In this document: positions 15,001-29,609 of the stretch, one piece after another
How positions within the stretch are numbered: position 1 is the first letter of the stretch
Layout of the letters: each line of letters opens with the position of its first letter
NCBI GenBank assembly: GCA_964057225.1
Contig: OZ059896.1
Span: 12,958,001-13,022,000, forward strand
Direction: 5' to 3'
Length of the DNA: 64,000 bases
From: Auanema rhodensis
Lineage: Eukaryota > Animalia > Nematoda
The notes under the pieces: model-generated
The model's database searches: none
What the model saw: the letters and a program-made list of their open reading frames with translations, nothing else
Told to the model about the DNA's origin: nothing
Position numbers and translations under genes: made by a program

Positions 15001-18000
15001 ATACCATGTGCACATCACGTGTACAATTAATTAGCATAAATTAAAGTTCACGTAAAGTTCAAAGTCATGGTTACCATGTATCAATAAAAATTTGTTATTA
15101 GACTAATATAGACATGAGGAATCTAATTTTGAAAATCGCATCTCTTAATCTTTAACGGGAAGCGAGTTACATACCATGTGCACATCACGTGTACAATTAA
15201 TTAGCATAAATTAAAGTTCACGTAAAGTTCAAAGTCATGGTTACCATGCACCAATATCAATAAAAATTTCTTATTAGGCTAAAATGGACATGAGGAATCT
15301 AATTTTGAGAACCGCATTTCTTTATCTTTCACGGGAAGCGAGTTACATACCATGTGCACATCACGTGTACAATTAATTAGCATAAATTAAAGTTCACGTA
15401 AATTTCAAAGTCATGGTTACCATTCACCAATATCAATAAAAATTTGTTTTTAGACTAATATGGACATGGGTAATCTAATTTTGAAAACCGCATTTCTTTA
15501 TCTTTCACGGGAAGCGAGTTATATACCATGTGCACATTACGTGTACATTCAATTAGCATAAATTAAAGTTCACGTAAATTTCAAAGTTATGATTACCATG
15601 AACCAATTTCGATTAAAATTTGTTCTTAGATTAATATGGACATGGGTAATCTAATTTTGAGAACCGCATTTCTTTATCTTCCACGGGAAGCGAGTTACAT
15701 ACCATGTGCACATCACGTGTACAATTATTTAGCATAAATTAAAGTTCACGTAAAATTAAAAGTCATGGTTACCATGCACCAATATCAATAAAAATTTCTT
15801 ATTAGGCTAAAATGGACATGAGGAATCTAATTTTGAGAACCGCATTTCTTTATCTTTCACGGGAAGCGAGTTACATACCATGTGCACATCACGTGTACAA
15901 TTAATTAGCATAAATTAAAGTTCACGTAAATTTCAAAGTCATGGTTACCATTCACCAATATCAATAAAAATTTGTTTTTAGACTAATATGGACATGGGTA
16001 ATCTAATTTTGAAAACCGCATCTCTTTATCTTTAACGGGAAGCGAGTTACATACCATGTGCACATCACGTGTACAATTAATTAGCATAAATTAAAGTTCA
16101 CGTTAATTTCAAAGTCATGGTTACCATGCACCAATATCAATAAAAATTTGTTCTTAGATTAATATGGACATGGGTAATCTAATTTTGAAAACCGCATTTC
16201 TTTATCTTTCACGGGAAGCGAGTTACATGCCATGTGCACATCACGTGTACAATTAATTAGCATAAATTAAAGTTCACGTTAATTTCAAAGTCATGGTTAC
16301 CATGCACCAATATCAATAAAAATTTGTTCTTAGATTAATATGGACATGGGTAATCTAATTTTGAGAACCGCATTTCTTTATCTTTCACGGGAAGCGAGTT
16401 ACATACCATGTGCACATCACGTGTACAATTAATTAGCATAAATTAAAGTTCACGTAAATTTCAAAGTCATGGTTACCATGTATCAATAAAAATTTGTTAT
16501 TAGACTAATATAGACATGAGGAATCTAACTTTGAAAATCGCATCTCTTTATCTTTAACGGGAAGCGAGTTACATACGATGTGCACATCACGTGTACAATT
16601 AATTAGCATAAATTAAAGTTCACGTTAATTTCAAAGTCATGGTTACCATGCACCAATATCAATAAAATTTTGTTCTTAGACTAATATGGACATGGGTAAT
16701 CTAATTTTGAAAACCGCATTTCTTTATCTTTCACGGGAAGCGAGTTACATACCATGTGCACATCACGTGTACAATTAATTAGCATAAATTAAAGTTTACG
16801 TTAATTTCAAAGTCATATTACCATGCACCAATATCAATAAAACTTTGTTCTCAGACTAATATGGACATGGGTAATCTAATTTTGAAAACCGCATTTCTTT
16901 ATCTTTCACGGGAAGCGAGTTACATACCATGTGCACATCACGTGTACAATTAATTAGCATAAATTAAAGTTCACGTAAAGTTCAAAGTCATGGTTATCAT
17001 GTATCAATAAAAATTTGTTATTAGACTAATATAGACATGAGGAATCTAATTTCGAAAATCGCATCTCTTTATCTTTAACGGGAAGCGAGTTACATACCAT
17101 GTGCACATCACGTGTACAATTAATTAGCATAAATTAAAGTTCACGTAAACTTGAAAGTCCTGGTTACCATGCACCAATATCAATAAAACTTTGTTCTCAG
17201 ACTAATATGGACATGGGTAATCTAATTTTGAGAACCGCATTTCTTTATTTTTCACGGGAAGCGAGTTACATACCATGTGCACATCACGTGTACAATTAAT
17301 TAGCATAAATTAAAGTTCACGTAAAGTTCAAAGTCATGGTTACCATGTAACAATAAAAATTTGTTATTAGACTAATATAAACATAAGGAATCTAATTTTG
17401 AAAATCGCATCTCTTTATCTTTAACGGGAAGCGAGTTACATACCATGTGCACATCACGTGTACAATTAATTAGCATAAATTAAAGTTCACGTAAATTTCA
17501 AAGTCATGGTTACCATGCACCAATATCAATAAAATTTTGTCCTTAGACTAATATGGACATGGGTAATCTAATTTTGAAAACCGCATTTCTTTATCTTTCA
17601 CGGGAAGCGAGTTACATACCATGTGCACATCACGTGTACAATTAATTAGCATAAATTAAAGTTCACGTAAAATTCAAAGTCATGGTTACCATGCACCAAT
17701 ATCAATAAAAATTTCTTATTAGGCTAAAATGGACATGAGGAATCTAATTTTGAAAACCGCATTTCTTTATCTTTCACGGGAAGCGAGTTACATACCATGT
17801 GCACATCACGTGTACAATTAATTAGCATAAATTAAAGTTCACGTAAAATTCAAAGTCATGGTTACCATGCACCAATATCAATAAAAATTTGTTCTTAGAC
17901 TAATATGGACATGGGTAATCTAATTTTGAAAACCGCATCTCTTTATCTTTAACGGGAAGCGAGTTACATACCATGTGCACATCACGTGTACAATTAATTA

Positions 18001-21000
18001 GCATAAATTAAAGTTCACGTTAATTTCAAAGTCATGGTTACCATGCACCAATATCAATAAAAATTTGTTCTTAGATTAATATGGACATGGGTAATCTAAT
18101 TTTGAAAACCGCATTTCTTTATCTTTCACGGGAAGCGAGTTACATACCATGTGCACATCACGTGTACAATTAATTAGCATAAATTAAAGTTCACGTAAAC
18201 TTCAAAGTCATGGTTACCATGCACCAATATCAATAAAAATTTCTTATTAGGCTAAAATGGACATGAGGAATCTAATTTTGAGAACCGCATTTCTTTATCT
18301 TTCACGGGAAGCGAGTTACATACCATGTGCACATCACGTGTACAATTAATTAGCATAAATTAAAGTTCACGTTAATTTCAAAGTCATGGTTACCATGCAC
18401 CAATATCAATAAAAATTTGTTCTTAGATTAATATGGACATGGGTAATCTAATTTTGAAAACCGCATCTCTTTATCTTTAACGGGAAGCGAGTTACATACC
18501 ATGTGCACATCACGTGTACAATTAATTAGCATAAATTAAAGTTCACGTTAATTTCAAAGTCATGGTTACCATGCACCAATATCAATAAAAATTTGTTCTT
18601 AGATTAATATGGACATGGGTAATCTAATTTTGAGAACCGCATTTCTTTATCTTTCACGGGAAGCGAGTTACATACCATGTGCACATCACGTGTACAATTA
18701 ATTAGCATAAATTAAAGTTCACGTAAAGTTCAAAGTCATGGTTACCATGTATCAATAAAAATTTGTTATTAGACTAATATAGACATGAGGAATCTAATTT
18801 TGAAAATCGCATCTCTTAATCTTTAACGGGAAGCGAGTTACATACCATGTGCACATCACGTGTACAATTAATTAGCATAAATTAAAGTTCACGTAAAGTT
18901 CAAAGTCATGGTTACCATGCACCAATATCAATAAAAATTTCTTATTAGGCTAAAATGGACATGAGGAATCTAATTTTGAGAACCGCATTTCTTTATCTTT
19001 CACGGGAAGCGAGTTACATACCATGTGCACATCACGTGTACAATTAATTAGCATAAATTAAAGTTCACGTAAATTTCAAAGTCATGGTTACCATTCACCA
19101 ATATCAATAAAAATTTGTTTTTAGACTAATATGGACATGGGTAATCTAATTTTGAAAACCGCATCTCTTTATCTTTAACGGGAAGCGAGTTACATACCAT
19201 GTGCACATCACGTGTACAATTAATTAGCATAAATTAAAGTTCACGTTAATTTCAAAGTCATTGGTTACCATGCACCAATATCAATAAAAATTTGTTCTTA
19301 GATTAATATGGACATGGGTAATCTAATTTTGAGAACCGCATTTCTTTATCTTTCACGGGAAGCGAGTTACATACCATGTGCACATCACGTGTACAATTAT
19401 TTAGCATAAATTAAAGTTCACGTAAAATTAAAAGTCATGGTTACCATGCACCAATATCAATAAAAATTTCTTATTAGGCTAAAATGGACATGAGGAATCT
19501 AATTTTGAGAACCGCATTTCTTTATCTTTCACGGGAAGCGAGTTACATACCATGTGCACATCACGTGTACATTCAATTAGCATAAATTAAAGTTCACGTA
19601 AATTTCAAAGTTATGATTACCATGAACCAATTTCGATTAAAATTTGTTCTTAGATTAATATGGACATGGGTAATCTAATTTTGAGAACCGCATTTCTTTA
19701 TCTTCCACGGGAAGCGAGTTACATACCATGTGCACATCACGTGTACAATTATTTAGCATAAATTAAAGTTCACGTAAAATTAAAAGTCATGGTTACCATG
19801 CACCAATATCAATAAAAATTTCTTATTAGGCTAAAATGGACATGAGGAATCTAATTTTGAGAACCGCATTTCTTTATCTTTCACGGGAAGCGAGTTACAT
19901 ACCATGTGCACATCACGTGTACAATTAATTAGCATAAATTAAAGTTCACGTAAATTTCAAAGTCATGGTTACCATTCACCAATATCAATAAAAATTTGTT
20001 TTTAGACTAATATGGACATGGGTAATCTAATTTTGAAAACCGCATCTCTTTATCTTTAACGGGAAGCGAGTTACATACCATGTGCACATCACGTGTACAA
20101 TTAATTAGCATAAATTAAAGTTCACGTTAATTTCAAAGTCATGGTTACCATGCACCAATATCAATAAAAATTTGTTCTTAGATTAATATGGACATGGGTA
20201 ATCTAATTTTGAAAACCGCATTTCTTTATCTTTCACGGGAAGCGAGTTACATACCATGTGCACATCACGTGTACAATTAATTAGCATAAATTAAAGTTCA
20301 CGTTAATTTCAAAGTCATGGTTACCATGCACCAATATCAATAAAAATTTGTTCTTAGATTAATATGGACATGGGTAATCTAATTTTGAGAACCGCATTTC
20401 TTTATCTTTCACGGGAAGCGAGTTACATACCATGTGCACATCACGTGTACAATTAATTAGCATAAATTAAAGTTCACGTAAATTTCAAAGTCATGGTTAC
20501 CATGTATCAATAAAAATTTGTTATTAGACTAATATAGACATGAGGAATCTAACTTTGAAAATCGCATCTCTTTATCTTTAACGGGAAGCGAGTTACATAC
20601 GATGTGCACATCACGTGTACAATTAATTAGCATAAATTAAAGTTCACGTTAATTTCAAAGTCATGGTTACCATGCACCAATATCAATAAAATTTTGTTCT
20701 TAGACTAATATGGACATGGGTAATCTAATTTTGAAAACCGCATTTCTTTATCTTTCACGGGAAGCGAGTTACATACCATGTGCACATCACGTGTACAATT
20801 AATTAGCATAAATTAAAGTTTACGTTAATTTCAAAGTCATATTACCATGCACCAATATCAATAAAACTTTGTTCTCAGACTAATATGGACATGGGTAATC
20901 TAATTTTGAAAACCGCATTTCTTTATCTTTCACGGGAAGCGAGTTACATACCATGTGCACATCACGTGTACAATTAATTAGCATAAATTAAAGTTCACGT

Positions 21001-24000
21001 AAAGTTCAAAGTCATGGTTATCATGTATCAATAAAAATTTGTTATTAGACTAATATAGACATGAGGAATCTAATTTCGAAAATCGCATCTCTTTATCTTT
21101 AACGGGAAGCGAGTTACATACCATGTGCACATCACGTGTACAATTAATTAGCATAAATTAAAGTTCACGTAAACTTGAAAGTCCTGGTTACCATGCACCA
21201 ATATCAATAAAACTTTGTTCTCAGACTAATATGGACATGGGTAATCTAATTTTGAGAACCGCATTTCTTTATTTTTCACGGGAAGCGAGTTACATACCAT
21301 GTGCACATCACGTGTACAATTAATTAGCATAAATTAAAGTTCACGTAAAGTTCAAAGTCATGGTTACCATGTAACAATAAAAATTTGTTATTAGACTAAT
21401 ATAAACATAAGGAATCTAATTTTGAAAATCGCATCTCTTTATCTTTAACGGGAAGCGAGTTACATACCATGTGCACATCACGTGTACAATTAATTAGCAT
21501 AAATTAAAGTTCACGTAAATTTCAAAGTCATGGTTACCATGCACCAATATCAATAAAATTTTGTCCTTAGACTAATATGGACATGGGTAATCTAATTTTG
21601 AAAACCGCATTTCTTTATCTTTCACGGGAAGCGAGTTACATACCATGTGCACATCACGTGTACAATTAATTAGCATAAATTAAAGTTCACGTAAAATTCA
21701 AAGTCATGGTTACCATGCACCAATATCAATAAAAATTTCTTATTAGGCTAAAATGGACATGAGGAATCTAATTTTGAAAACCGCATTTCTTTATCTTTCA
21801 CGGGAAGCGAGTTACATACCATGTGCACATCACGTGTACAATTAATTAGCATAAATTAAAGTTCACGTAAAATTCAAAGTCATGGTTACCATGCACCAAT
21901 ATCAATAAAAATTTGTTCTTAGACTAATATGGACATGGGTAATCTAATTTTGAAAACCGCATCTCTTTATCTTTAACGGGAAGCGAGTTACATACCATGT
22001 GCACATCACGTGTACAATTAATTAGCATAAATTAAAGTTCACGTTAATTTCAAAGTCATGGTTACCATGCACCAATATCAATAAAAATTTGTTCTTAGAT
22101 TAATATGGACATGGGTAATCTAATTTTGAAAACCGCATTTCTTTATCTTTCACGGGAAGCGAGTTACATACCATGTGCACATCACGTGTACAATTAATTA
22201 GCATAAATTAAAGTTCACGTAAACTTCAAAGTCATGGTTACCATGCACCAATATCAATAAAAATTTCTTATTAGGCTAAAATGGACATGAGGAATCTAAT
22301 TTTGAAAACCGCATTTCTTTATCTTTCACGGGAAGCGAGTTACATACCATGTGCACATCACGTGTACAATTAATTAGCATAAATTAAAGTTCACGTAAAA
22401 TTCAAAGTCATGGTTACCATGCACCAATATCAATAAAAATTTGTTCTTAGACTAATATGGACATGGGTAATCTAATTTTGAAAACCGCATCTCTTTATCT
22501 TTAACGGGAAGCGAGTTACATACCATGTGCACATCACGTGTACAATTAATTAGCATAAATTAAAGTTCACGTAAATTTCAAAGTCATGGTTACCATGCAC
22601 CAATATCAATAAAATTTTGTTTTTAGACTAATATGGACATGGGTAATCTAATTTTGAAAACCGCATCTCTTTATCTTTAACGGGAAGCGAGTTACATACC
22701 ATGTGCACATCACGTGTACAATTAATTAGCATAAATTAAAGTTCACGTTAATTTCAAAGTCATGGTTACCATGCACCAATATCAATAAAAATTTGTTCTT
22801 AGATTAATATGGACATGGGTAATCTAATTTTGAGAACCGCATTTCTTTATCTTTCACGGGAAGCGAGTTACATACCATGTGCACATCACGTGTACAATTA
22901 ATTAGCATAAATTAAAGTTCACGTAAAGTTCAAAGTCATGGTTACCATGTATCAATAAAAATTTGTTATTAGACTAATATAGACATGAGGAATCTAATTT
23001 TGAAAATCGCATCTCTTAATCTTTAACGGGAAGCGAGTTACATACCATGTGCACATCACGTGTACAATTAATTAGCATAAATTAAAGTTCACGTAAAGTT
23101 CAAAGTCATGGTTACCATGCACCAATATCAATAAAAATTTCTTATTAGGCTAAAATGGACATGAGGAATCTAATTTTGAGAACCGCATTTCTTTATCTTT
23201 CACGGGAAGCGAGTTACATACCATGTGCACATCACGTGTACAATTAATTAGCATAAATTAAAGTTCACGTAAATTTCAAAGTCATGGTTACCATTCACCA
23301 ATATCAATAAAAATTTGTTTTTAGACTAATATGGACATGGGTAATCTAATTTTGAAAACCGCATCTCTTTATCTTTAACGGGAAGCGAGTTACATACCAT
23401 GTGCACATCACGTGTACAATTAATTAGCATAAATTAAAGTTCACGTTAATTTCAAAGTCATTGGTTACCATGCACCAATATCAATAAAAATTTGTTCTTA
23501 GATTAATATGGACATGGGTAATCTAATTTTGAGAACCGCATTTCTTTATCTTTCACGGGAAGCGAGTTACATACCATGTGCACATCACGTGTACAATTAT
23601 TTAGCATAAATTAAAGTTCACGTAAAATTAAAAGTCATGGTTACCATGCACCAATATCAATAAAAATTTCTTATTAGGCTAAAATGGACATGAGGAATCT
23701 AATTTTGAGAACCGCATTTCTTTATCTTTCACGGGAAGCGAGTTACATACCATGTGCACATCACGTGTACAATTAATTAGCATAAATTAAAGTTCACGTA
23801 AATTTCAAAGTCATGGTTACCATTCACCAATATCAATAAAAATTTGTTTTTAGACTAATATGGACATGGGTAATCTAATTTTGAAAACCGCATCTCTTTA
23901 TCTTTAACGGGAAGCGAGTTACATACCATGTGCACATCACGTGTACAATTAATTAGCATAAATTAAAGTTCACGTAAAGTTCAAAGTCATGGTTACCATG

Positions 24001-27000
24001 CACCAATATCAATAAAATTTTGTTCTTAGACTAATATGGACATGGGTAATCTAATTTTGAAAACCGCATTTCTTTATCTTTCACGGGAAGCGAGTTACAT
24101 ACCATGTGCACATCACGTGTACAATTAATTAGCATAAATTAAAGTTCACGTAAAATTAAAAGTCATGGTTACCATGCACCAATATCAATAAAAATTTCTT
24201 ATTAGGCTAAAATGGACATGAGGAATCTAATTTTGAGAACCGCATTTCTTTATCTTTCACGGGAAGCGAGTTACATACCATGTGCACATCACGTGTACAA
24301 TTAATTAGCATAAATTAAAGTTCACGTAAATTTCAAAGTCATGGTTACCATTCACCAATATCAATAAAATTTTGTTCTTAGACTAATATGGACATGGGTA
24401 ATCTAATTTTGAAAACCGCATTTCTTTATCTTTCACGGGAAGCGAGTTACATACCATGTGCACATCACGTGTACAATTAATTAGCATAAATTAAAGTTCA
24501 CGTAAAATTAAAAGTCATGGTTACCATGCACCAATATCAATTAAAATTTCTTATTAGGCTAAAATGGACATGAGGAATCTAATTTTGAGAACCGCATTTC
24601 TTTATCTTTCACGGGAAGCGAGTTACATACCATGTGCACATCACGTGTACAATTAATTAGCATAAATTAAAGTTCACGTAAACTTCAAAGTCATGGTTAC
24701 CATTCACCAATATCAATAAAAATTTGTTTTTAGACTAATATGGACATGGGTAATCTAATTTTGAAAACCGCATTTTTTTATCTTTCACGGGAAGCGAGTT
24801 ACATACCATGTGCACATCACGTGTACAATTAATTAGCATAAATTAAAGTTCACGTAAATTTCAAAGTCATGGTTACCATGTATCAATATCAATAAAAATT
24901 TGTTCTTAGACTAATATGGACATGGGTAATCTAATTTTGAAAACCGCATCTCTTTATCTTTAACGGGAAGCGAGTTACATACGATGTGCACATCACGTGT
25001 ACAATTAATTAGCATAAATTAAAGTTCACGTTAATTTCAAAGTCATGGTTACCATGCACCAATATCAATAAAATTTTGTTCTTAGACTAATATGGACATG
25101 GGTAATCTAATTTTGAAAACCGCATTTCTTTATCTTTCACGGGAAGCGAGTTACATACCATGTGCACATCACGTGTACAATTAATTAGCATAAATTAAAG
25201 TTTACGTTAATTTCAAAGTCATATTACCATGCACCAATATCAATAAAACTTTGTTCTCAGACTAATATGGACATGGGTAATCTAATTTTGAAAACCGCAT
25301 TTCTTTATCTTTCACGGGAAGCGAGTTACATACCATGTGCACATCACGTGTACAATTAATTAGCATAAATTAAAGTTCACGTAAAGTTCAAAGTCATGGT
25401 TATCATGTATCAATAAAAATTTGTTATTAGACTAATATAGACATGAGGAATCTAATTTCGAAAATCGCATCTCTTTATCTTTAACGGGAAGCGAGTTACA
25501 TACCATGTGCACATCACGTGTACAATTAATTAGCATAAATTAAAGTTCACGTAAACTTGAAAGTCCTGGTTACCATGCACCAATATCAATAAAACTTTGT
25601 TCTCAGACTAATATGGACATGGGTAATCTAATTTTGAGAACCGCATTTCTTTATTTTTCACGGGAAGCGAGTTACATACCATGTGCACATCACGTGTACA
25701 ATTAATTAGCATAAATTAAAGTTCACGTAAAGTTCAAAGTCATGGTTACCATGTAACAATAAAAATTTGTTATTAGACTAATATAAACATAAGGAATCTA
25801 ATTTTGAAAATCGCATCTCTTTATCTTTAACGGGAAGCGAGTTACATACCATGTGCACATCACGTGTACAATTAATTAGCATAAATTAAAGTTCACGTAA
25901 ATTTCAAAGTCATGGTTACCATGCACCAATATCAATAAAATTTTGTCCTTAGACTAATATGGACATGGGTAATCTAATTTTGAAAACCGCATTTCTTTAT
26001 CTTTCACGGGAAGCGAGTTACATACCATGTGCACATCACGTGTACAATTAATTAGCATAAATTAAAGTTCACGTAAAATTCAAAGTCATGGTTACCATGC
26101 ACCAATATCAATAAAAATTTCTTATTAGGCTAAAATGGACATGAGGAATCTAATTTTGAAAACCGCATTTCTTTATCTTTCACGGGAAGCGAGTTACATA
26201 CCATGTGCACATCACGTGTACAATTAATTAGCATAAATTAAAGTTCACGTAAAATTCAAAGTCATGGTTACCATGCACCAATATCAAAAAAATTTGTTCT
26301 TAGACTAATATGGACATGGGTAATCTAATTTTGAAAACCGCATCTCTTTATCTTTAACGGGAAGCGAGTTACATACCATGTGCACATCACGTGTACAATT
26401 AATTAGCATAAATTAAAGTTCACGTTAATTTCAAAGTCATGGTTACCATGCACCAATATCAATAAAAATTTGTTCTTAGATTAATATGGACATGGGTAAT
26501 CTAATTTTGAAAACCGCATTTCTTTATCTTTCACGGGAAGCGAGTTACATACCATGTGCACATCACGTGTACAATTAATTAGCATAAATTAAAGTTCACG
26601 TAAACTTCAAAGTCATGGTTACCATGCACCAATATCAATAAAAATTTCTTATTAGGCTAAAATGGACATGAGGAATCTAATTTTGAGAACCGCATTTCTT
26701 TATCTTTCACGGGAAGCGAGTTACATACCATGTGCACATCACGTGTACAATTAATTAGCATAAATTAAAGTTCACGTAAATTTCAAAGTCATGGTTACCA
26801 TGCACCAATATCAATAAAATTTTGTTTTTAGACTAATATGGACATGGGTAATCTAATTTTGAAAACCGCATCTCTTTATCTTTAACGGGAAGCGAGTTAC
26901 ATACCATGTGCACATCACGTGTACAATTAATTAGCATAAATTAAAGTTCACGTTAATTTCAAAGTCATGGTTACCATGCACCAATATCAATAAAAATTTG

Positions 27001-29609
27001 TTCTTAGATTAATATGGACATGGGTAATCTAATTTTGAGAACCGCATTTCTTTATCTTTCACGGGAAGCGAGTTACATACCATGTGCACATCACGTGTAC
27101 AATTAATTAGCATAAATTAAAGTTCACGTAAAGTTCAAAGTCATGGTTACCATGTATCAATAAAAATTTGTTATTAGACTAATATAGACATGAGGAATCT
27201 AATTTTGAAAATCGCATCTCTTAATCTTTAACGGGAAGCGAGTTACATACCATGTGCACATCACGTGTACAATTAATTAGCATAAATTAAAGTTCACGTA
27301 AAGTTCAAAGTCATGGTTACCATGCACCAATATCAATAAAAATTTCTTATTAGGCTAAAATGGACATGAGGAATCTAATTTTGAGAACCGCATTTCTTTA
27401 TCTTTCACGGGAAGCGAGTTACATACCATGTGCACATCACGTGTACAATTAATTAGCATAAATTAAAGTTCACGTAAATTTCAAAGTCATGGTTACCATT
27501 CACCAATATCAATAAAAATTTGTTTTTAGACTAATATGGACATGGGTAATCTAATTTTGAAAACCGCATCTCTTTATCTTTAACGGGAAGCGAGTTACAT
27601 ACCATGTGCACATCACGTGTACAATTAATTAGCATAAATTAAAGTTCACGTTAATTTCAAAGTCATTGGTTACCATGCACCAATATCAATAAAAATTTGT
27701 TCTTAGATTAATATGGACATGGGTAATCTAATTTTGAGAACCGCATTTCTTTATCTTTCACGGGAAGCGAGTTACATACCATGTGCACATCACGTGTACA
27801 ATTATTTAGCATAAATTAAAGTTCACGTAAAATTAAAAGTCATGGTTACCATGCACCAATATCAATAAAAATTTCTTATTAGGCTAAAATGGACATGAGG
27901 AATCTAATTTTGAGAACCGCATTTCTTTATCTTTCACGGGAAGCGAGTTACATACCATGTGCACATCACGTGTACAATTAATTAGCATAAATTAAAGTTC
28001 ACGTAAATTTCAAAGTCATGGTTACCATTCACCAATATCAATAAAAATTTGTTTTTAGACTAATATGGACATGGGTAATCTAATTTTGAAAACCGCATCT
28101 CTTTATCTTTAACGGGAAGCGAGTTACATACCATGTGCACATCACGTGTACAATTAATTAGCATAAATTAAAGTTCACGTAAAGTTCAAAGTCATGGTTA
28201 CCATGCACCAATATCAATAAAATTTTGTTCTTAGACTAATATGGACATGGGTAATCTAATTTTGAAAACCGCATTTCTTTATCTTTCACGGGAAGCGAGT
28301 TACATACCATGTGCACATCACGTGTACAATTAATTAGCATAAATTAAAGTTCACGTAAAATTAAAAGTCATGGTTACCATGCACCAATATCAATAAAAAT
28401 TTCTTATTAGGCTAAAATGGACATGAGGAATCTAATTTTGAGAACCGCATTTCTTTATCTTTCACGGGAAGCGAGTTACATACCATGTGCACATCACGTG
28501 TACAATTAATTAGCATAAATTAAAGTTCACGTAAATTTCAAAGTCATGGTTACCATTCACCAATATCAATAAAATTTTGTTCTTAGACTAATATGGACAT
28601 GGGTAATCTAATTTTGAAAACCGCATTTCTTTATCTTTCACGGGAAGCGAGTTACATACCATGTGCACATCACGTGTACAATTAATTAGCATAAATTAAA
28701 GTTCACGTAAAATTAAAAGTCATGGTTACCATGCACCAATATCAATTAAAATTTCTTATTAGGCTAAAATGGACATGAGGAATCTAATTTTGAGAACCGC
28801 ATTTCTTTATCTTTCACGGGAAGCGAGTTACATACCATGTGCACATCACGTGTACAATTAATTAGCATAAATTAAAGTTCACGTAAACTTCAAAGTCATG
28901 GTTACCATTCACCAATATCAATAAAAATTTGTTTTTAGACTAATATGGACATGGGTAATCTAATTTTGAAAACCGCATTTTTTTATCTTTCACGGGAAGC
29001 GAGTTACATACCATGTGCACATCACGTGTACAATTAATTAGCATAAATTAAAGTTCACGTAAATTTCAAAGTCATGGTTACCATGTATCAATAAAAATTT
29101 GTTATTAGACTAATATAGACATGAGGAATCTAACTTTAAAAATCGCATCTCTTTATCTTTAACGGGAAGCGAGTTACATACGATGTGCACATCACGTGTA
29201 CAATTAATTAGCATAAATTAAAGTTCACGTTAATTTCAAAGTCATGGTTACCATGCACCAATATCAATAAAATTTTGTTCTTAGACTAATATGGACATGG
29301 GTAATCTAATTTTGAAAACCGCATTTCTTTATCTTTCACGGGAAGCGAGTTACATACCATGTGCACATCACGTGTACAATTAATTAGCATAAATTAAAGT
29401 TTACGTTAATTTCAAAGTCATATTACCATGCACCAATATCAATAAAACTTTGTTCTCAGACTAATATGGACATGGGTAATCTAATTTTGAAAACCGCATT
29501 TCTTTATCTTTCACGGGAAGCGAGTTACATACCATGTGCACATCACGTGTACAATTAATTAGCATAAATTAAAGTTCACGTAAAGTTCAAAGTCATGGTT
29601 ATCATGTAT

